In this document: one piece after another, positions 52,743-62,750 of the stretch
Numbering within the stretch: position 1 is the stretch's first letter
Layout: the number at the start of each line of letters is the position of its first letter
Assembly (NCBI GenBank): GCA_045539595.1
Contig: JAZQFQ010000084.1
Location: 26,316-90,315, forward strand
Direction of reading: 5' to 3'
From: Eubacteriales bacterium
GTDB lineage: Bacteria; Bacillota; Clostridia; Oscillospirales; CAG-272
Length of the DNA stretch: 64,000 bases
Notes under the pieces: model-generated
Seen by the model: the letters and a program-made list of their open reading frames with translations, nothing else
Told to the model about the DNA's origin: nothing
Databases searched by the model: none
Program-made: the position numbers and the translations under genes

Positions 52743-53998
52743 TGGAAAATGCTGTATTTAATGAAGTCTACGATCTGTGCATGCGGGCGAAAGCCCATTC
52801 CGCCACTCTGGCGAGAGCGCGTACCGAGGTGAAGAATCAAGCACTCTGCACTTTTGCGCGTCTTTTGCGGGAGAATGTCGATGAAATCCTCGCCGCCAAC
52901 GAAAATGATCTGGCGAACGCCAAGGAAAACGGTGTGAAGGATACCATGCTGGACCGCCTTCGCCTGACCGAAGCCCGCATCGAGGGCATGGCCAAAGGAG
53001 CGGAGGATATCGCCCGTCTGGACGATCCCGTGGGCAAGGGCGACTGCTGGACACGCCCCAACGGATTGACTATCCGCCGTGTGCGTGTGCCAATGGGTGT
53101 GGTGGGCGTGATTTTTGAAGCTCGCCCCAATGTGGCCGCCGATGTGGCCGCTTTGTGCATCAAGAGCGGCAACGCCGTGGTGCTCCGCGGCGGCAAGGAA
53201 GCCATACAGTCCAACCGCGCCATTGTGGCATTGGCACGCCGTGCCTTGGCAGAATCCAGATTGGCGGCGGAAGCCGTCCAGTTGATTGAAAACACCACCC
53301 GCGCCTCCTCCGAGGCGCTGATGCAGATGCGGGGACTGATCGACGTCCTCGTGCCCCGCGGCGGCAAGGGATTGATCCGCGCCGTGGTGGATAATGCCCG
53401 GGTGCCCGTGATCGAAACCGGCGCCGGCAACTGTCATCTGTATATCCATGCGGATGCGGATCTGAGTATGGCGTTGGAGATCGCCGTCAACGCGAAAATC
53501 TCCCGTCCCTCCGTGTGCAACGCCTGCGAGACGATTTTGGTAAACGCGGCGGTTGCGGAAAAATTCCTTCCCATGCTGAAGGAAGCCATGGACGCCCATC
53601 ATTGCGAGATTCGCGGATGTGAGCGCACAAGAGAGATCCTGCCCGATGTCACCCCCGCCACCGAGGAGGATTGGGATACGGAGTACAACGATCTCATCCT
53701 GGCGGTGAGAGTTGTCGATACGCTGGATGAGGCACGGATTCACATCAACCGCTACGGCACGGGACACAGCGAAACCATCGTGACGAACGATCTCTCTGCC
53801 GCAGAATATTTCCAGTCTGCCGTAGACGCGGCGGCGGTGTACGTCAACGCCTCCACTCGCTTTACCGACGGCGGTGAGTTCGGATTCGGTGCGGAATTGG
53901 GCATCTCCACCCAGAAGCTTCACGCCCGGGGCCCCATGGGCCTGACGGCATTGACTACGGAAAAATACCTCATAAACGGCAACGGCCAGGTAAGGTAA
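52742..53998 (+). CDS. proA: Glutamate-5-semialdehyde dehydrogenase
   Basis: TAATG overlap with proB; VIFEARPNV, CNACETILV and GTGHSETI motifs. Confidence 0.95.
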   Translation: MENAVFNEVYDLCMRAKAHSATLARARTEVKNQALCTFARLLRENVDEILAANENDLANAKENGVKDTMLDRLRLTEARIEGMAKGAEDIARLDDPVGKGDCWTRPNGLTIRRVRVPMGVVGVIFEARPNVAADVAALCIKSGNAVVLRGGKEAIQSNRAIVALARRALAESRLAAEAVQLIENTTRASSEALMQMRGLIDVLVPRGGKGLIRAVVDNARVPVIETGAGNCHLYIHADADLSMALEIAVNAKISRPSVCNACETILVNAAVAEKFLPMLKEAMDAHHCEIRGCERTREILPDVTPATEEDWDTEYNDLILAVRVVDTLDEARIHINRYGTGHSETIVTNDLSAAEYFQSAVDAAAVYVNASTRFTDGGEFGFGAELGISTQKLHARGPMGLTALTTEKYLINGNGQVR

Positions 53999-54004
53999 TG
54001 AAAT

Positions 54005-54034
54005 CAAAAAACTCCCCGAGAGGGGAGTTTTTTA
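54005..54034. terminator. Bidirectional terminator
   Basis: AAAAAACTCCCC-GAGA-GGGGAGTTTTTT. Confidence 0.85.
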
Positions 54035-54043
54035 GTTGTGCTT

Positions 54044-54868
54044 TTACTTCAGCATTTCTTTCACATTCTCCGCGATGTATGCGTCAAAATCGCCTCGGCA
54101 GGCGTCGTATTCCTGCCGCGCGCGGATCGTCCATGCCACGGTGGCGGCACCCAACTTGCGGCACAGCCAAACGGGGAAGGATCGGCCGTACACATGCCGT
54201 GCGGCGATGAAATCCGGCCGGGCGAGGAAGTTCAAGAGGAGATTCTGCAGAATGAGTCCCAACGCCCCCCGATTCTCGCCGTCCCGCTTGAATTTCGTGA
54301 CCAGTACGCCCCGCATGACGTGGGGCGCCAGCTTTCCGTACCGGGCTACCAGCAGGGGATTGAAGGATTCCACGCAGTAGCGTCCGCCGTAATTCTCCAG
54401 AATCGGCATGGCCGCACCGCACAGCGAGGTGTCGGTGTTCTCACCTTTCAGTTCCACCACAAGGGGAACCCGATCGGCCACCAGATCCAGCACTTCTTTT
54501 AAGGTGGGGATGGTTTCACCCGTGTCAAGCAGGGACAACTCCCGCACTTCCGCCAGGGTCAGATCGGTGATCCGACGGGGATCGCCGCACATGCGCTGCA
54601 GGGTGGCATCGTGGAAGACCACCACTTCGCCGTCGGCGGTACGGTGGATGTCCAATTCGATTCCCACACCCAGGCGGATCGCGCCCTGAAAAGCGGGCAG
54701 GGAGTTCTCGGGGATGCGTTCGTTGTCAAACACGCCCCGATGGGCATAAATCTGCCCGAGAAAGGCGCGGTATTTCTTTTTCGCGCCCACACGGGGGAAG
54801 ATCATAAACAAATACAGCAGAATGAGGGCGGCCAGTATACCGCCGATGATCCAAAGAATTTCCATCAA
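54044..54868 (-). CDS. Glycerophosphodiester phosphodiesterase family protein, membrane-anchored
   Basis: N-terminal TM followed by IYAHRGVFDNERIPENSLPAF...GIELDIHRTADGEVVVFHD. Confidence 0.85.
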   Translation of the reverse strand: MMEILWIIGGILAALILLYLFMIFPRVGAKKKYRAFLGQIYAHRGVFDNERIPENSLPAFQGAIRLGVGIELDIHRTADGEVVVFHDATLQRMCGDPRRITDLTLAEVRELSLLDTGETIPTLKEVLDLVADRVPLVVELKGENTDTSLCGAAMPILENYGGRYCVESFNPLLVARYGKLAPHVMRGVLVTKFKRDGENRGALGLILQNLLLNFLARPDFIAARHVYGRSFPVWLCRKLGAATVAWTIRARQEYDACRGDFDAYIAENVKEMLK

Positions 54869-56139
54869 TCGTCACTGTCCAGATATTCGATGGCGGATTT
54901 CTTTGCCAGGGGCTTTGCGTCACCGTGGCGCACCTGCCACATGGTGAACAGGGCGAGTCCGGAGAAGATCACCGCATAGGGGAAGAGGATACGGTAGCCG
55001 AACAGATCGATCAGCACGCCGGAGAGGATGGGGGTCGCGATCTGTGCCGCCATGGAGAAGGTGTAATAAATGCCGGTGTAACGGCCTACGTCGGCTCCGG
55101 TGGACATTTCTACCACCATAGGATAGGAATTTACGTTGATGGATGCCCAGCCGATACCGATCACCGCCATGACCGCGTAGATCACGGGGGAGTAGGAGGT
55201 GAGGAAGAATCCGGCCAGATAGGCGGCGGTCATGATGGCTACGCCGAAGAGAATCACTTTCTTCCGTCCCAGTTTGGAGGAAATGATGCCCACGGGGATG
55301 TAGCTGGCGGTGGCCACCACCGTGGCTACCAGCATCATGTTCGCACCGGTGGATTCGGATATGTTCCAGATTTCCAGGACGTAGCGGGAGTAGGCGCTGG
55401 ACAGGGCGTTGTAAGCGATGTACCACAGGGCCACGGAGATCAGAATAAAGATCAGACTGCGGCGCACATCGGGTGCCAGCTTTGCGCCGGCGGTGCCGTT
55501 TTTCTCATCCTCTTTGGGCATGGCATCGGCCAGCTTCCGCTCCCGGACGGTGAGAACAAGAACCAGGGCGGAGACGGCCATAAAGGCGGCCATGATGGCG
55601 AATACGGTAAAATAACTGCCGTCCTTGGTGCCTGTTTCCACATTCACCTTGGGAAGGAGTTTTATGATCAGTAAAGCAAAAATACCGCCCACCGTGCCCA
55701 TCAGATTGATGACCGCATTGGCAGAGGAACGCAGCGGCTTCGGCGTCAGATCGGGCATCAGTGCCACGGCCGGGGAACGGTAGGTGGACATGGCGATGAG
55801 CAGAAGCCCCAAGGCAATAACGAACAGGGGAAGATTGACGGTGTTATCGGCTACGGGAATGACCAGCATCAGCACAGCCGCCAGCGCGGTGCCCACCAGA
55901 ATGAAGGGGGTGCGGCGGCCAAGGCGTGTGTTGATCCGGTCGGATAAAGAGCCGAACAGGGGCAAAAGAAACAGGGCCAGCACGTTATCCGCGGCCAGAA
56001 CTACGCCCGACAGGCTTTCCGGAAAATGAAAGGTGTATTTCAGAATGAGGGGGACTACATAATCATACAACTGCCAGAATCCGCAGATGGACATAAAGGC
56101 CAGACCAATAAAAAAGGTGCGCTTGTAATTCAGTTTCAT
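54865..56139 (-). CDS. MFS transporter
   Basis: 424 aa, about 12 TM; LFGSLSDRINTRLGRRTPF loop motif; 4-nt overlap with the downstream GDPD gene. Confidence 0.8.
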   Translation of the reverse strand: MKLNYKRTFFIGLAFMSICGFWQLYDYVVPLILKYTFHFPESLSGVVLAADNVLALFLLPLFGSLSDRINTRLGRRTPFILVGTALAAVLMLVIPVADNTVNLPLFVIALGLLLIAMSTYRSPAVALMPDLTPKPLRSSANAVINLMGTVGGIFALLIIKLLPKVNVETGTKDGSYFTVFAIMAAFMAVSALVLVLTVRERKLADAMPKEDEKNGTAGAKLAPDVRRSLIFILISVALWYIAYNALSSAYSRYVLEIWNISESTGANMMLVATVVATASYIPVGIISSKLGRKKVILFGVAIMTAAYLAGFFLTSYSPVIYAVMAVIGIGWASINVNSYPMVVEMSTGADVGRYTGIYYTFSMAAQIATPILSGVLIDLFGYRILFPYAVIFSGLALFTMWQVRHGDAKPLAKKSAIEYLDSDD

Positions 56140-56188
56140 ATCCGTTTCTCATTTCTGTTTTATGATCCCGGGAGAGATATCTACGGTC

Positions 56189-56217
56189 ATTATATCATGG
56201 GGGCTCTGTCTTGTCAA
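56189..56217 (-). promoter_or_regulatory. Consensus promoter for the MFS-GDPD operon (minus strand)
   Basis: On the minus strand: TTGACA (56217-56212), 17-nt spacer, TATAAT (56194-56189). Confidence 0.65.
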
Positions 56218-56249
56218 GCAAGGGGGCGGCACGGATTTGCCTCCGGCGG

Positions 56250-56278
56250 TTGACAGATTTCCCATTGTTCGGTACAAT
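56250..56278 (+). promoter_or_regulatory. Promoter for the acyltransferase gene
   Basis: TTGACA (56250-56255), 17-nt spacer, TACAAT (56273-56278). Confidence 0.6.
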
Positions 56279-56312
56279 ATACATATCGAAATCAACATAA
56301 TAGAGGGATTGT

Positions 56313-57356
56313 ATGAAAGAACGTTCTCCCGGTTTGGATCTGGTACGGACGCTGGCGGTATTGTGCGTGCTGGTCACCCATGCCATCGCCTATACGGGCG
56401 TAATGGATGTCTCCCCCGCCTCGCCTGTGTGGTGTGTATATCTGGTGCTGCGGTTTGCCGCCATGGCGGGTGTGCCGCTGTTCCTTCTTCTGAGCGGGTA
56501 TCTGTGCTGTGAAAAGCGGCTCAGCCACACCTATTACGGCGGCGGAATCTCCGTGGTTTTGTCCTATGTGCTGATTGCCGCCGCGGTGGTTATCCTCTGC
56601 ACCGTGTCGGGTTTGCAGAAGTACACCGTGTGGGACGGCATCAGCGGGATTCTGAACTTCACCGCCCACGGCTACGCCTGGTATGTGGAGATGTATCTGG
56701 GGCTGTTTCTTTTGATCCCCTTTCTGAATCTGATATTTGAGGGACTGCAAACGGGGCGCAATCGGTTGATTCTGATCATCACGCTGGCCATCCTTACCCT
56801 GCTGCCGCCTACCCTGGAGAGCTTCCGCGTGGGCGGTGTGAGTCTGGATATCACCGCCGATTACTGGCGTGCCGTCTATCCTTTGACGTACTACTTCATC
56901 GGAGCCTATCTGCGCAAGCATCCGCCGAAATTGTCCCGCCTTGTGCGTATCGGACTTGCAGTTTTGGCCACCGTCCTGCCGTGCTTGCTGTGCTATATAT
57001 ACACCGTCCGGGACGGGGCGTATGCCTGGTACATGATGAACGGATTTGCGTCCGTGACCGCCGCCATGACGGGCGTTGCCTATTTCCTTCTGCTGTACGA
57101 TTGGCCGGTGCGCACGGGATTTTTGCGGGGCGTCGCGAAGGAAATCTCTGTTTGCTCCTTTGAGATGTATTTGTTTTCCTACATCACCGATCAGGGCATG
57201 CTCCGCGTGCTGGATCATCTGGGCATAGCCCGCCATAGTGCACGTCTTGTCCTTCTGGTGATGGGATCCTTGATCGCGGCCTATGCCGCATCCCGTGTGC
57301 TGCGGCTGATCACCGTGCCGCTGGTGAAGTGGATCCGCGGGAAGTGCCGCATCTGA
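56313..57356 (+). CDS. Acyltransferase family 3 membrane protein
   Basis: GLDLVRTLAVLCVLVTHA start and about 10 TM helices. Confidence 0.8.
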   Translation: MKERSPGLDLVRTLAVLCVLVTHAIAYTGVMDVSPASPVWCVYLVLRFAAMAGVPLFLLLSGYLCCEKRLSHTYYGGGISVVLSYVLIAAAVVILCTVSGLQKYTVWDGISGILNFTAHGYAWYVEMYLGLFLLIPFLNLIFEGLQTGRNRLILIITLAILTLLPPTLESFRVGGVSLDITADYWRAVYPLTYYFIGAYLRKHPPKLSRLVRIGLAVLATVLPCLLCYIYTVRDGAYAWYMMNGFASVTAAMTGVAYFLLLYDWPVRTGFLRGVAKEISVCSFEMYLFSYITDQGMLRVLDHLGIARHSARLVLLVMGSLIAAYAASRVLRLITVPLVKWIRGKCRI

Positions 57357-57397
57357 CAAAAAAGCAGTGCGAAGGCTTGTCCTTCGCACTGCTTTCG
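57357..57397. terminator. Bidirectional terminator
   Basis: AAAAGCAGTGCGAAGG-CTTGT-CCTTCGCACTGCTTT. Confidence 0.85.
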
Positions 57398-58186
57398 TTA
57401 TTGTACCAATTCCATATACGCTCCGTTTACGCCCGGGGCGGTGTGGGTGTTGTATTCCATATCATTGATGGAAAGGTTGCCTGCGGCCTCACCGTACACG
57501 GTGATCACATCACCGGGGAGGAAATTCCGGCTGTTTTCCCGCCGGCAGTCCCGGATGAGAAAACGGATCTGGGTGTTGTTCGGATCCTGACAGACATAAT
57601 AGACGGTGTATTTTCCGCCATTGTAGTGGGCATAGACGTCCGTGATCTTCTGGACTACTTCCACTGTAAAGGAAACATACGTATCCGTATATACATCCGC
57701 ACCGCGGTACAACTCCTCGGGGGAGATCGCCCCGCAGGTGTCCATATATTCCTCCCGGGAAAGGGAGGTGTTCACCGGCTTTTCCCACTGGGCCGCCAGG
57801 AAGGACACCACATTACTGATGCCGAAGCTGGATAAGAACAGATACACACCGGCTGCTACTCCTACGGCGATCTTGATGCCTTTTTTGTGGGGACTGGTGA
57901 CCAGCAGAATGATGCCCACCAGGGGGAACAGAAACAGCATCAGAACGATAAACCACCAGCGGTGAAACCAATCGATGAAGATCACCCGGCCGTTTGTGGA
58001 GGAGGTTTGTTTCTTTTTGGGTATCTCCGGCGGCTTCCGTCGGCCTGCCCGCATTTCCTCCGGGCAGAGCTTTCCGCACAAGGGACACCGCTCACCGGCG
58101 AAGAAGCATTCGCAGTCCGGGCACTTGTTCAAATCCGGGTGGTCCATATTGCTGTTGTAGTCACGGGTGTCTGCTTTGCGTCCCAT
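57398..58186 (-). CDS. Zinc-ribbon membrane protein with extracytoplasmic C-terminal domain (hypothetical)
   Basis: AAGGAG RBS. CPDCECFFAGERCPLCGKLC, two TM helices, then a ~140-aa C-terminal domain. Confidence 0.65.
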   Translation of the reverse strand: MGRKADTRDYNSNMDHPDLNKCPDCECFFAGERCPLCGKLCPEEMRAGRRKPPEIPKKKQTSSTNGRVIFIDWFHRWWFIVLMLFLFPLVGIILLVTSPHKKGIKIAVGVAAGVYLFLSSFGISNVVSFLAAQWEKPVNTSLSREEYMDTCGAISPEELYRGADVYTDTYVSFTVEVVQKITDVYAHYNGGKYTVYYVCQDPNNTQIRFLIRDCRRENSRNFLPGDVITVYGEAAGNLSINDMEYNTHTAPGVNGAYMELVQ

Positions 58187-58204
58187 GGAAGTCTCCTTTC
58201 GTTC

Positions 58205-60532
58205 TTACAGCCGAATCACGTTGGCGCCGCCGTTGTTTTCGGCCAATTCCGCTTCCACCCGGCGGCAGGTGAGCAGAATGCTCTGGGCACCCTCGTCTCC
58301 CGATGCGTTCAGCATCCGGAGAACCCGCGCCAGACGGGTTTCATCCACTCGGGCGAAACTCTCGTCGTAGATCAGCGGCGGCTGGGTGTCGCCGAATAAA
58401 GCACCGCTCAACGCCCGCCGCAGGCTGATGTATGCGATATCTTTTGTCCCCTCGGAGAGGTATTCCACCCCGCGGGTCATGCCGTTTCGGGTGAAGGTCA
58501 TGGCCAGACCGTGATCCACGCCGATGGCGTCAAAGGCACCGCCGCTGATGCGGTTGGCCGATGCACAGGCCTGGGCGACTACCTTGGGCAGAACGCCGGC
58601 CCGCATGGTATCCGAGGCTCTCTGCAGCGTTTCCATGGCCAGGCAATAGGCTTCGTGGCGCATGGTCAACGTATCGATCTGTTCATCCAATTCCGCCAGA
58701 CGGCTGGCCAATTCCGTGGGAGATGTGCTTACCGCACGGGATGCGGCCACACGGGTTTCCAGGGAGTGGCATTGCTCCTCCGCCTCGCGGAGTGCGGACT
58801 GCAACTCCTTCAGGAATCTCTTTGCCTCCTCCAGCTTATCTCCATCCAGCCCGGATGCGATCTTGCCCTCCGGTGTGCGGAGATTCTCCGCAAAGATGCG
58901 GCGGACTTCCTCTTCATTTTCGCCTGCCAGCTGCTCCTGCAGTACGGAGATGCGCCCCGCCAGCTTATCGATGGCGCGCTGCATTTCTTCCCGCTCGGCG
59001 CAGATGTCCTCCGCCTGCTTGACGGTCAAAGCCAGTGCCTCCTTGGCACCATCGGCATACTCGTCCTCCTTTTCCTCATCCGGCACACGGATGTCGGTGA
59101 GCACACGCCCGGCCAGCGCATATGCCTCCTTGGCTTCGTTGTGGCGGGCAAGGATCAGATCGGACAGGGCTTTTTGCATCTGTTTGGATTCATTTGCGAG
59201 GGAGTCCAGATCCCCCTTGACGCCGATCACGTCGGTGATGGCATCGGGCAGGGAAGGCACATCCGGTGCATCCCATTCCTGCAGAAGATCGCCCAGCACG
59301 GCGGACGCCCGTCCGCGGATGACGAAGCACAACACGGACAGCACAGCCAGAAGAGCGGCCGCGGCAATGGGCACGGGATACAGTGAAACCTCGTAGGAGT
59401 ACAGCATCCATCCGCCCAGACCGGCCAGAATGGCCAGCACCAGAATGGTGATGCCCATGGCCAGCGTCAGACGCATACGTCCTACCAGAGAATCCGCCAG
59501 GGTGGTGGCGGCACGGATTTCGGTTTGCGCCCGCTCATGCTTTTCGCTGGCGGAGGTGTGCTTGCCCCGCAAAACGCTCTCCGCGTTCTGCATTTGGGCC
59601 AGCATGGAGGACTGCTCGGCGATCCGCGCCGCGGATTCCTTGGCACGGGCCACAAAGGCGCGATCCACCCCGTCCCGGTTCCGATTGGCCAGCTCCTGCT
59701 GCATGGCTTTCAGCTTTTGCGTACCGGCAATAACGGTGTCAAACCGACGCCGCACCAGATTGATTTCTCCGTAGGAGCAGATCAGCGTCTGGCGGCGGAT
59801 TTTTTCTTTGAGTGCATCGCATTTCGCCTGGGCGTCCGTGAGGGAGTTCTCCTCTCCCAACAGGGAACCAAGCTGTTCCTGGGCCGACCGCAGCCGGGCG
59901 GCAACCGCACTGCGCTCCTCTTTGCAGGCGTGGAGTTCACCGCCGCCGCCGTTTTTGTGCAGAATCTGCTTGCGGGCGGTATCCAGCCGATCCATGGCTT
60001 TTTTGGTACTGATATTTTCATTGGCGGTGAAAAGCAGATTTTCGATGGAGGTGAGAATGCTTTCTCCGCTGGGGCGCGCGCCGTCGATCTGGCGCACGAA
60101 CACGGTGTTCATGAAGATGGCCTCGGGTACGTGGAAGATCACCTCGCCCGGCACCTCACCCCGATGGACGGGAGTACCCAGGGCGGTGTCGATGATGCGC
60201 ACGGTTTCCCGTACGGTTTCCCGCTGTCTGGTGCCATCATCGGACACGGAGGCGGCCAGATGCCGCTCAATGCGGAATTCGCCCTCCTCCCCGGAGACGA
60301 TCATGGTGCCGGCGGCACAGCCCGTGTCCCAGTTCACATAGCGGCGCCGCTCCGATAAATCCCCGCCGGTGGATTTTCCCGACAGACCGTAGAGCATGAA
60401 TTTGATGAACATGGCCAGGGCGCTTTTGCCGGATTCGTTGGCACCTTCGATGATATTCAATCCGTCCGACAATTCTACCTCACGGTCGCGAAGCACGCCG
60501 AAGGATTCAATTTTCAGATGTTTTATGTACAT
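58205..60532 (-). CDS. SMC/SbcC-like AAA ATPase with central TM hairpin (YhaN-like)
   Basis: N-terminal Walker A GANESGKSA, long coiled coils, TM pair at about 59305-59476, C-terminal LIYDESFARVD Walker B-like motif. Confidence 0.8.
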   Translation of the reverse strand: MYIKHLKIESFGVLRDREVELSDGLNIIEGANESGKSALAMFIKFMLYGLSGKSTGGDLSERRRYVNWDTGCAAGTMIVSGEEGEFRIERHLAASVSDDGTRQRETVRETVRIIDTALGTPVHRGEVPGEVIFHVPEAIFMNTVFVRQIDGARPSGESILTSIENLLFTANENISTKKAMDRLDTARKQILHKNGGGGELHACKEERSAVAARLRSAQEQLGSLLGEENSLTDAQAKCDALKEKIRRQTLICSYGEINLVRRRFDTVIAGTQKLKAMQQELANRNRDGVDRAFVARAKESAARIAEQSSMLAQMQNAESVLRGKHTSASEKHERAQTEIRAATTLADSLVGRMRLTLAMGITILVLAILAGLGGWMLYSYEVSLYPVPIAAAALLAVLSVLCFVIRGRASAVLGDLLQEWDAPDVPSLPDAITDVIGVKGDLDSLANESKQMQKALSDLILARHNEAKEAYALAGRVLTDIRVPDEEKEDEYADGAKEALALTVKQAEDICAEREEMQRAIDKLAGRISVLQEQLAGENEEEVRRIFAENLRTPEGKIASGLDGDKLEEAKRFLKELQSALREAEEQCHSLETRVAASRAVSTSPTELASRLAELDEQIDTLTMRHEAYCLAMETLQRASDTMRAGVLPKVVAQACASANRISGGAFDAIGVDHGLAMTFTRNGMTRGVEYLSEGTKDIAYISLRRALSGALFGDTQPPLIYDESFARVDETRLARVLRMLNASGDEGAQSILLTCRRVEAELAENNGGANVIRL

Positions 60533-60540
60533 GATTCACC

Positions 60541-61668
60541 TCAGGTTTCGCTGATGTTCTCGCCGGCTATGGCCGCCAGACCGTAGCGGAGTGCCATAGC
60601 GGCGATTTTTCTCTCTTCGGGGGTGCCGCGTTCCATTTGCGCGGCGAGGGCGCGGTAAAATTCGCCCCGCACCGTGCGATCGTTTTCGTAATCCCGGGGG
60701 TGGATGGCGGGCAGCGTTTCGTCCCGCACGTCCAGAGAGAACAACTGCGGGAAGCGGGATGCCAGCGCATGGGTATCCACAATCAGCGCAGGGGCCACTC
60801 TGCCTTGCAGAGTGACGCGGAGAAGCGTGTCCTCGCCGTATCCTTTTTCCTCCATGCACGCACCGATGCGTGCTTCTATGTCAGCCAGGGTTTCTGCCCC
60901 GGTGCAGTCCAGAATCTCGTTTTCGTACCGCCGGCGGGAGATGCGGATCCGTTTGGGACGGACATCGGCCTGCGTACCGTTCTTTTCGATCTCGCACAAG
61001 ATGGCGCCTTTGATACCGGTCTCATCGAATGCCCGTCCTTCGGGGCATCCGCAGTAGGCCGCCACGGTACCGCCGATTTTTTCCACGGGCGGGGCATTGT
61101 GGATGTGGCCCAGGGCCGCGTAATCCGCGCCGAACTCGCCCAGCGCGGCACGGGAAATGGGACAATAACGGGACAGAGGCACACCGATTTCGCCATGGGC
61201 CAGGAGCAGATTGATCCGCTGCGGATCGTCTGCGTGCAGGCCATGCAAAGGACATTCTGTCATTTCGGGGGATACAAAGGCGTAGCCGTACACGTCCACA
61301 CCCAAATCATCGAAGGAGAATTTTTCCACCTTCGGGGAGCGGAAAATGTGCACGTTTTTCGGAAACAGGGGCTTGGCCCAGATGCTGTCCGGAGAGGCGC
61401 AGTCATGATTGCCGGGGGCGATGACGATGGGGCACTCCGTCTGCTCAAATTCCCGCAGAATCAACGAGAGCGTTTCCCGCGTCACAAATTCCCGATCGAA
61501 CACGTCGCCCGCCATCAGAATCAGATCCACGGAGGACTTTCGCGCGAAGGCAAACATGGCGGAAAATGACGAGCGCAGCTCCTCCCGACGGATTTCTGCC
61601 CTGCGGGCATCCAGCCGCGCGAAGGGGGAGTCGAGATGGATATCGCCGGTATGAAGAATCTTCAGCAT
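60541..61668 (-). CDS. SbcD-like metallophosphoesterase / DNA repair exonuclease (YhaO-like)
   Basis: MLKILHTGDIHLDSPF, MAGDVFD, GNHD and GHIH motifs. Confidence 0.85.
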   Translation of the reverse strand: MLKILHTGDIHLDSPFARLDARRAEIRREELRSSFSAMFAFARKSSVDLILMAGDVFDREFVTRETLSLILREFEQTECPIVIAPGNHDCASPDSIWAKPLFPKNVHIFRSPKVEKFSFDDLGVDVYGYAFVSPEMTECPLHGLHADDPQRINLLLAHGEIGVPLSRYCPISRAALGEFGADYAALGHIHNAPPVEKIGGTVAAYCGCPEGRAFDETGIKGAILCEIEKNGTQADVRPKRIRISRRRYENEILDCTGAETLADIEARIGACMEEKGYGEDTLLRVTLQGRVAPALIVDTHALASRFPQLFSLDVRDETLPAIHPRDYENDRTVRGEFYRALAAQMERGTPEERKIAAMALRYGLAAIAGENISET

Positions 61669-61713
61669 AGCATTATCCTTTGTTTTCGGTGTGATGTATA
61701 CCTTAATGTATAC

Positions 61714-61742
61714 ATTATACCATTTTGCGACACGGACAGCAA
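61714..61742 (-). promoter_or_regulatory. Candidate promoter for the yhaO-like operon (minus strand)
   Basis: On the minus strand: TTGCTG, 17-nt spacer, TGgTATAAT. Two ATGTATAC direct repeats lie just downstream (about 61694-61713). Confidence 0.45.
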
Positions 61743-61810
61743 CAGCATTTCACGAAAAAAGGCGGATATTTTCACAAATGTCTATAATCGATCAAAATTA
61801 GGCATATGCA

Positions 61811-61849
61811 TAAAAATAGGTTTGCACACGAATCTGCGTGCAAACCTAT
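61811..61849 (-). terminator. Rho-independent terminator after truB
   Basis: ATAGGTTTGCAC with a 10-nt loop and GTGCAAACCTAT; the T-run on the minus strand is the forward A5 at 61812-61816. Confidence 0.75.
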
Positions 61850-61853
61850 AGTA

Positions 61854-62750
61854 TTACAGAACAAAAATCTTGATGGCCTTGACGGCACTGCCGTCGGGAT
61901 AGTCCCGCACCTCACCCAAGGCGAAAAATACGCCGTCGTGGATCATACGGACCACCGTCCCCACAGGGAGGTCGGTGCGGATTTTCTTTTGATAGATCTC
62001 GCATCCGTTTCGTGCCAGACGGGCATAAAACGCAGGCAGATCCACCGCGGGACAATGGAGAAAGAATTTCTCCAAGGGGATCACGCATGCGGTCCGCTCC
62101 TCATCCGTCATGGCTTCCAGCTGTTCGATGGTAACGGATTCCGCCAGAGTAAAGGGACCGCTTTCCGTCCGTGTCAGACGGGCCATCACACCGCCGCATC
62201 CCAGTTTCGCACCTATATCGGCGCACAGAGTGCGGATGTATGTACCCTTGGAGCAGCATACGTCCAATTCGTACAGATCCTCCGCCAGACGTCTGGTTTG
62301 CAGATCGTGAATGGTGATGGGGCGGGCTTGCCGCTCTACCGTGATGCCCTCTCTGGCCAGATCCACCAGTTTGCGGCCGTTCACCTTCAGCGCGCTGTAC
62401 ATGGGAGGGGTCTGCAAAATTTCTCCGATAAACGAGGCGCAAACCGCCAGCACATCTTCCTCCGGGGGAATCGTCTCCGACGCGGTCAGAGTGGTGCCGG
62501 TGGTGTCCTCGGTGTCGGTGGTGATGCCCAGCTTCAGATGAGCGGTGTACCGCTTGTTCTCGGCTGTGATGTTCTCCGACGCTTTGACAGCACGGCCGAT
62601 CAGCACGGGCAGAACGCCCGTGGCCATGGGATCCAGCGTGCCGGTGTGGCCCACCTGTCGTGTGCCGAACAGACGGCGCAGTTTGATCACGATGTCGTTT
62701 GAGGTGACGCCCTCGTGCTTATTGACGATCACAATACCCGATACGTCCAT
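61854..62750 (-). CDS. truB: tRNA pseudouridine(55) synthase TruB
   Basis: GIVIVNKHEGVTSNDIV...GHTGTLDPMATGVLPV catalytic Asp motif. Confidence 0.95.
   Translation of the reverse strand: MDVSGIVIVNKHEGVTSNDIVIKLRRLFGTRQVGHTGTLDPMATGVLPVLIGRAVKASENITAENKRYTAHLKLGITTDTEDTTGTTLTASETIPPEEDVLAVCASFIGEILQTPPMYSALKVNGRKLVDLAREGITVERQARPITIHDLQTRRLAEDLYELDVCCSKGTYIRTLCADIGAKLGCGGVMARLTRTESGPFTLAESVTIEQLEAMTDEERTACVIPLEKFFLHCPAVDLPAFYARLARNGCEIYQKKIRTDLPVGTVVRMIHDGVFFALGEVRDYPDGSAVKAIKIFVL

Noticed and set aside
58205-61668. SbcC/SbcD-like pair as a phage-defence system (Lamassu- or Wadjet-like)
   Set aside because: The architecture matches the widespread Firmicute YhaO/YhaN pair. It is embedded in core genes (truB, nrnA, rbfA). 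No dedicated effector or other accessory defence genes are visible.
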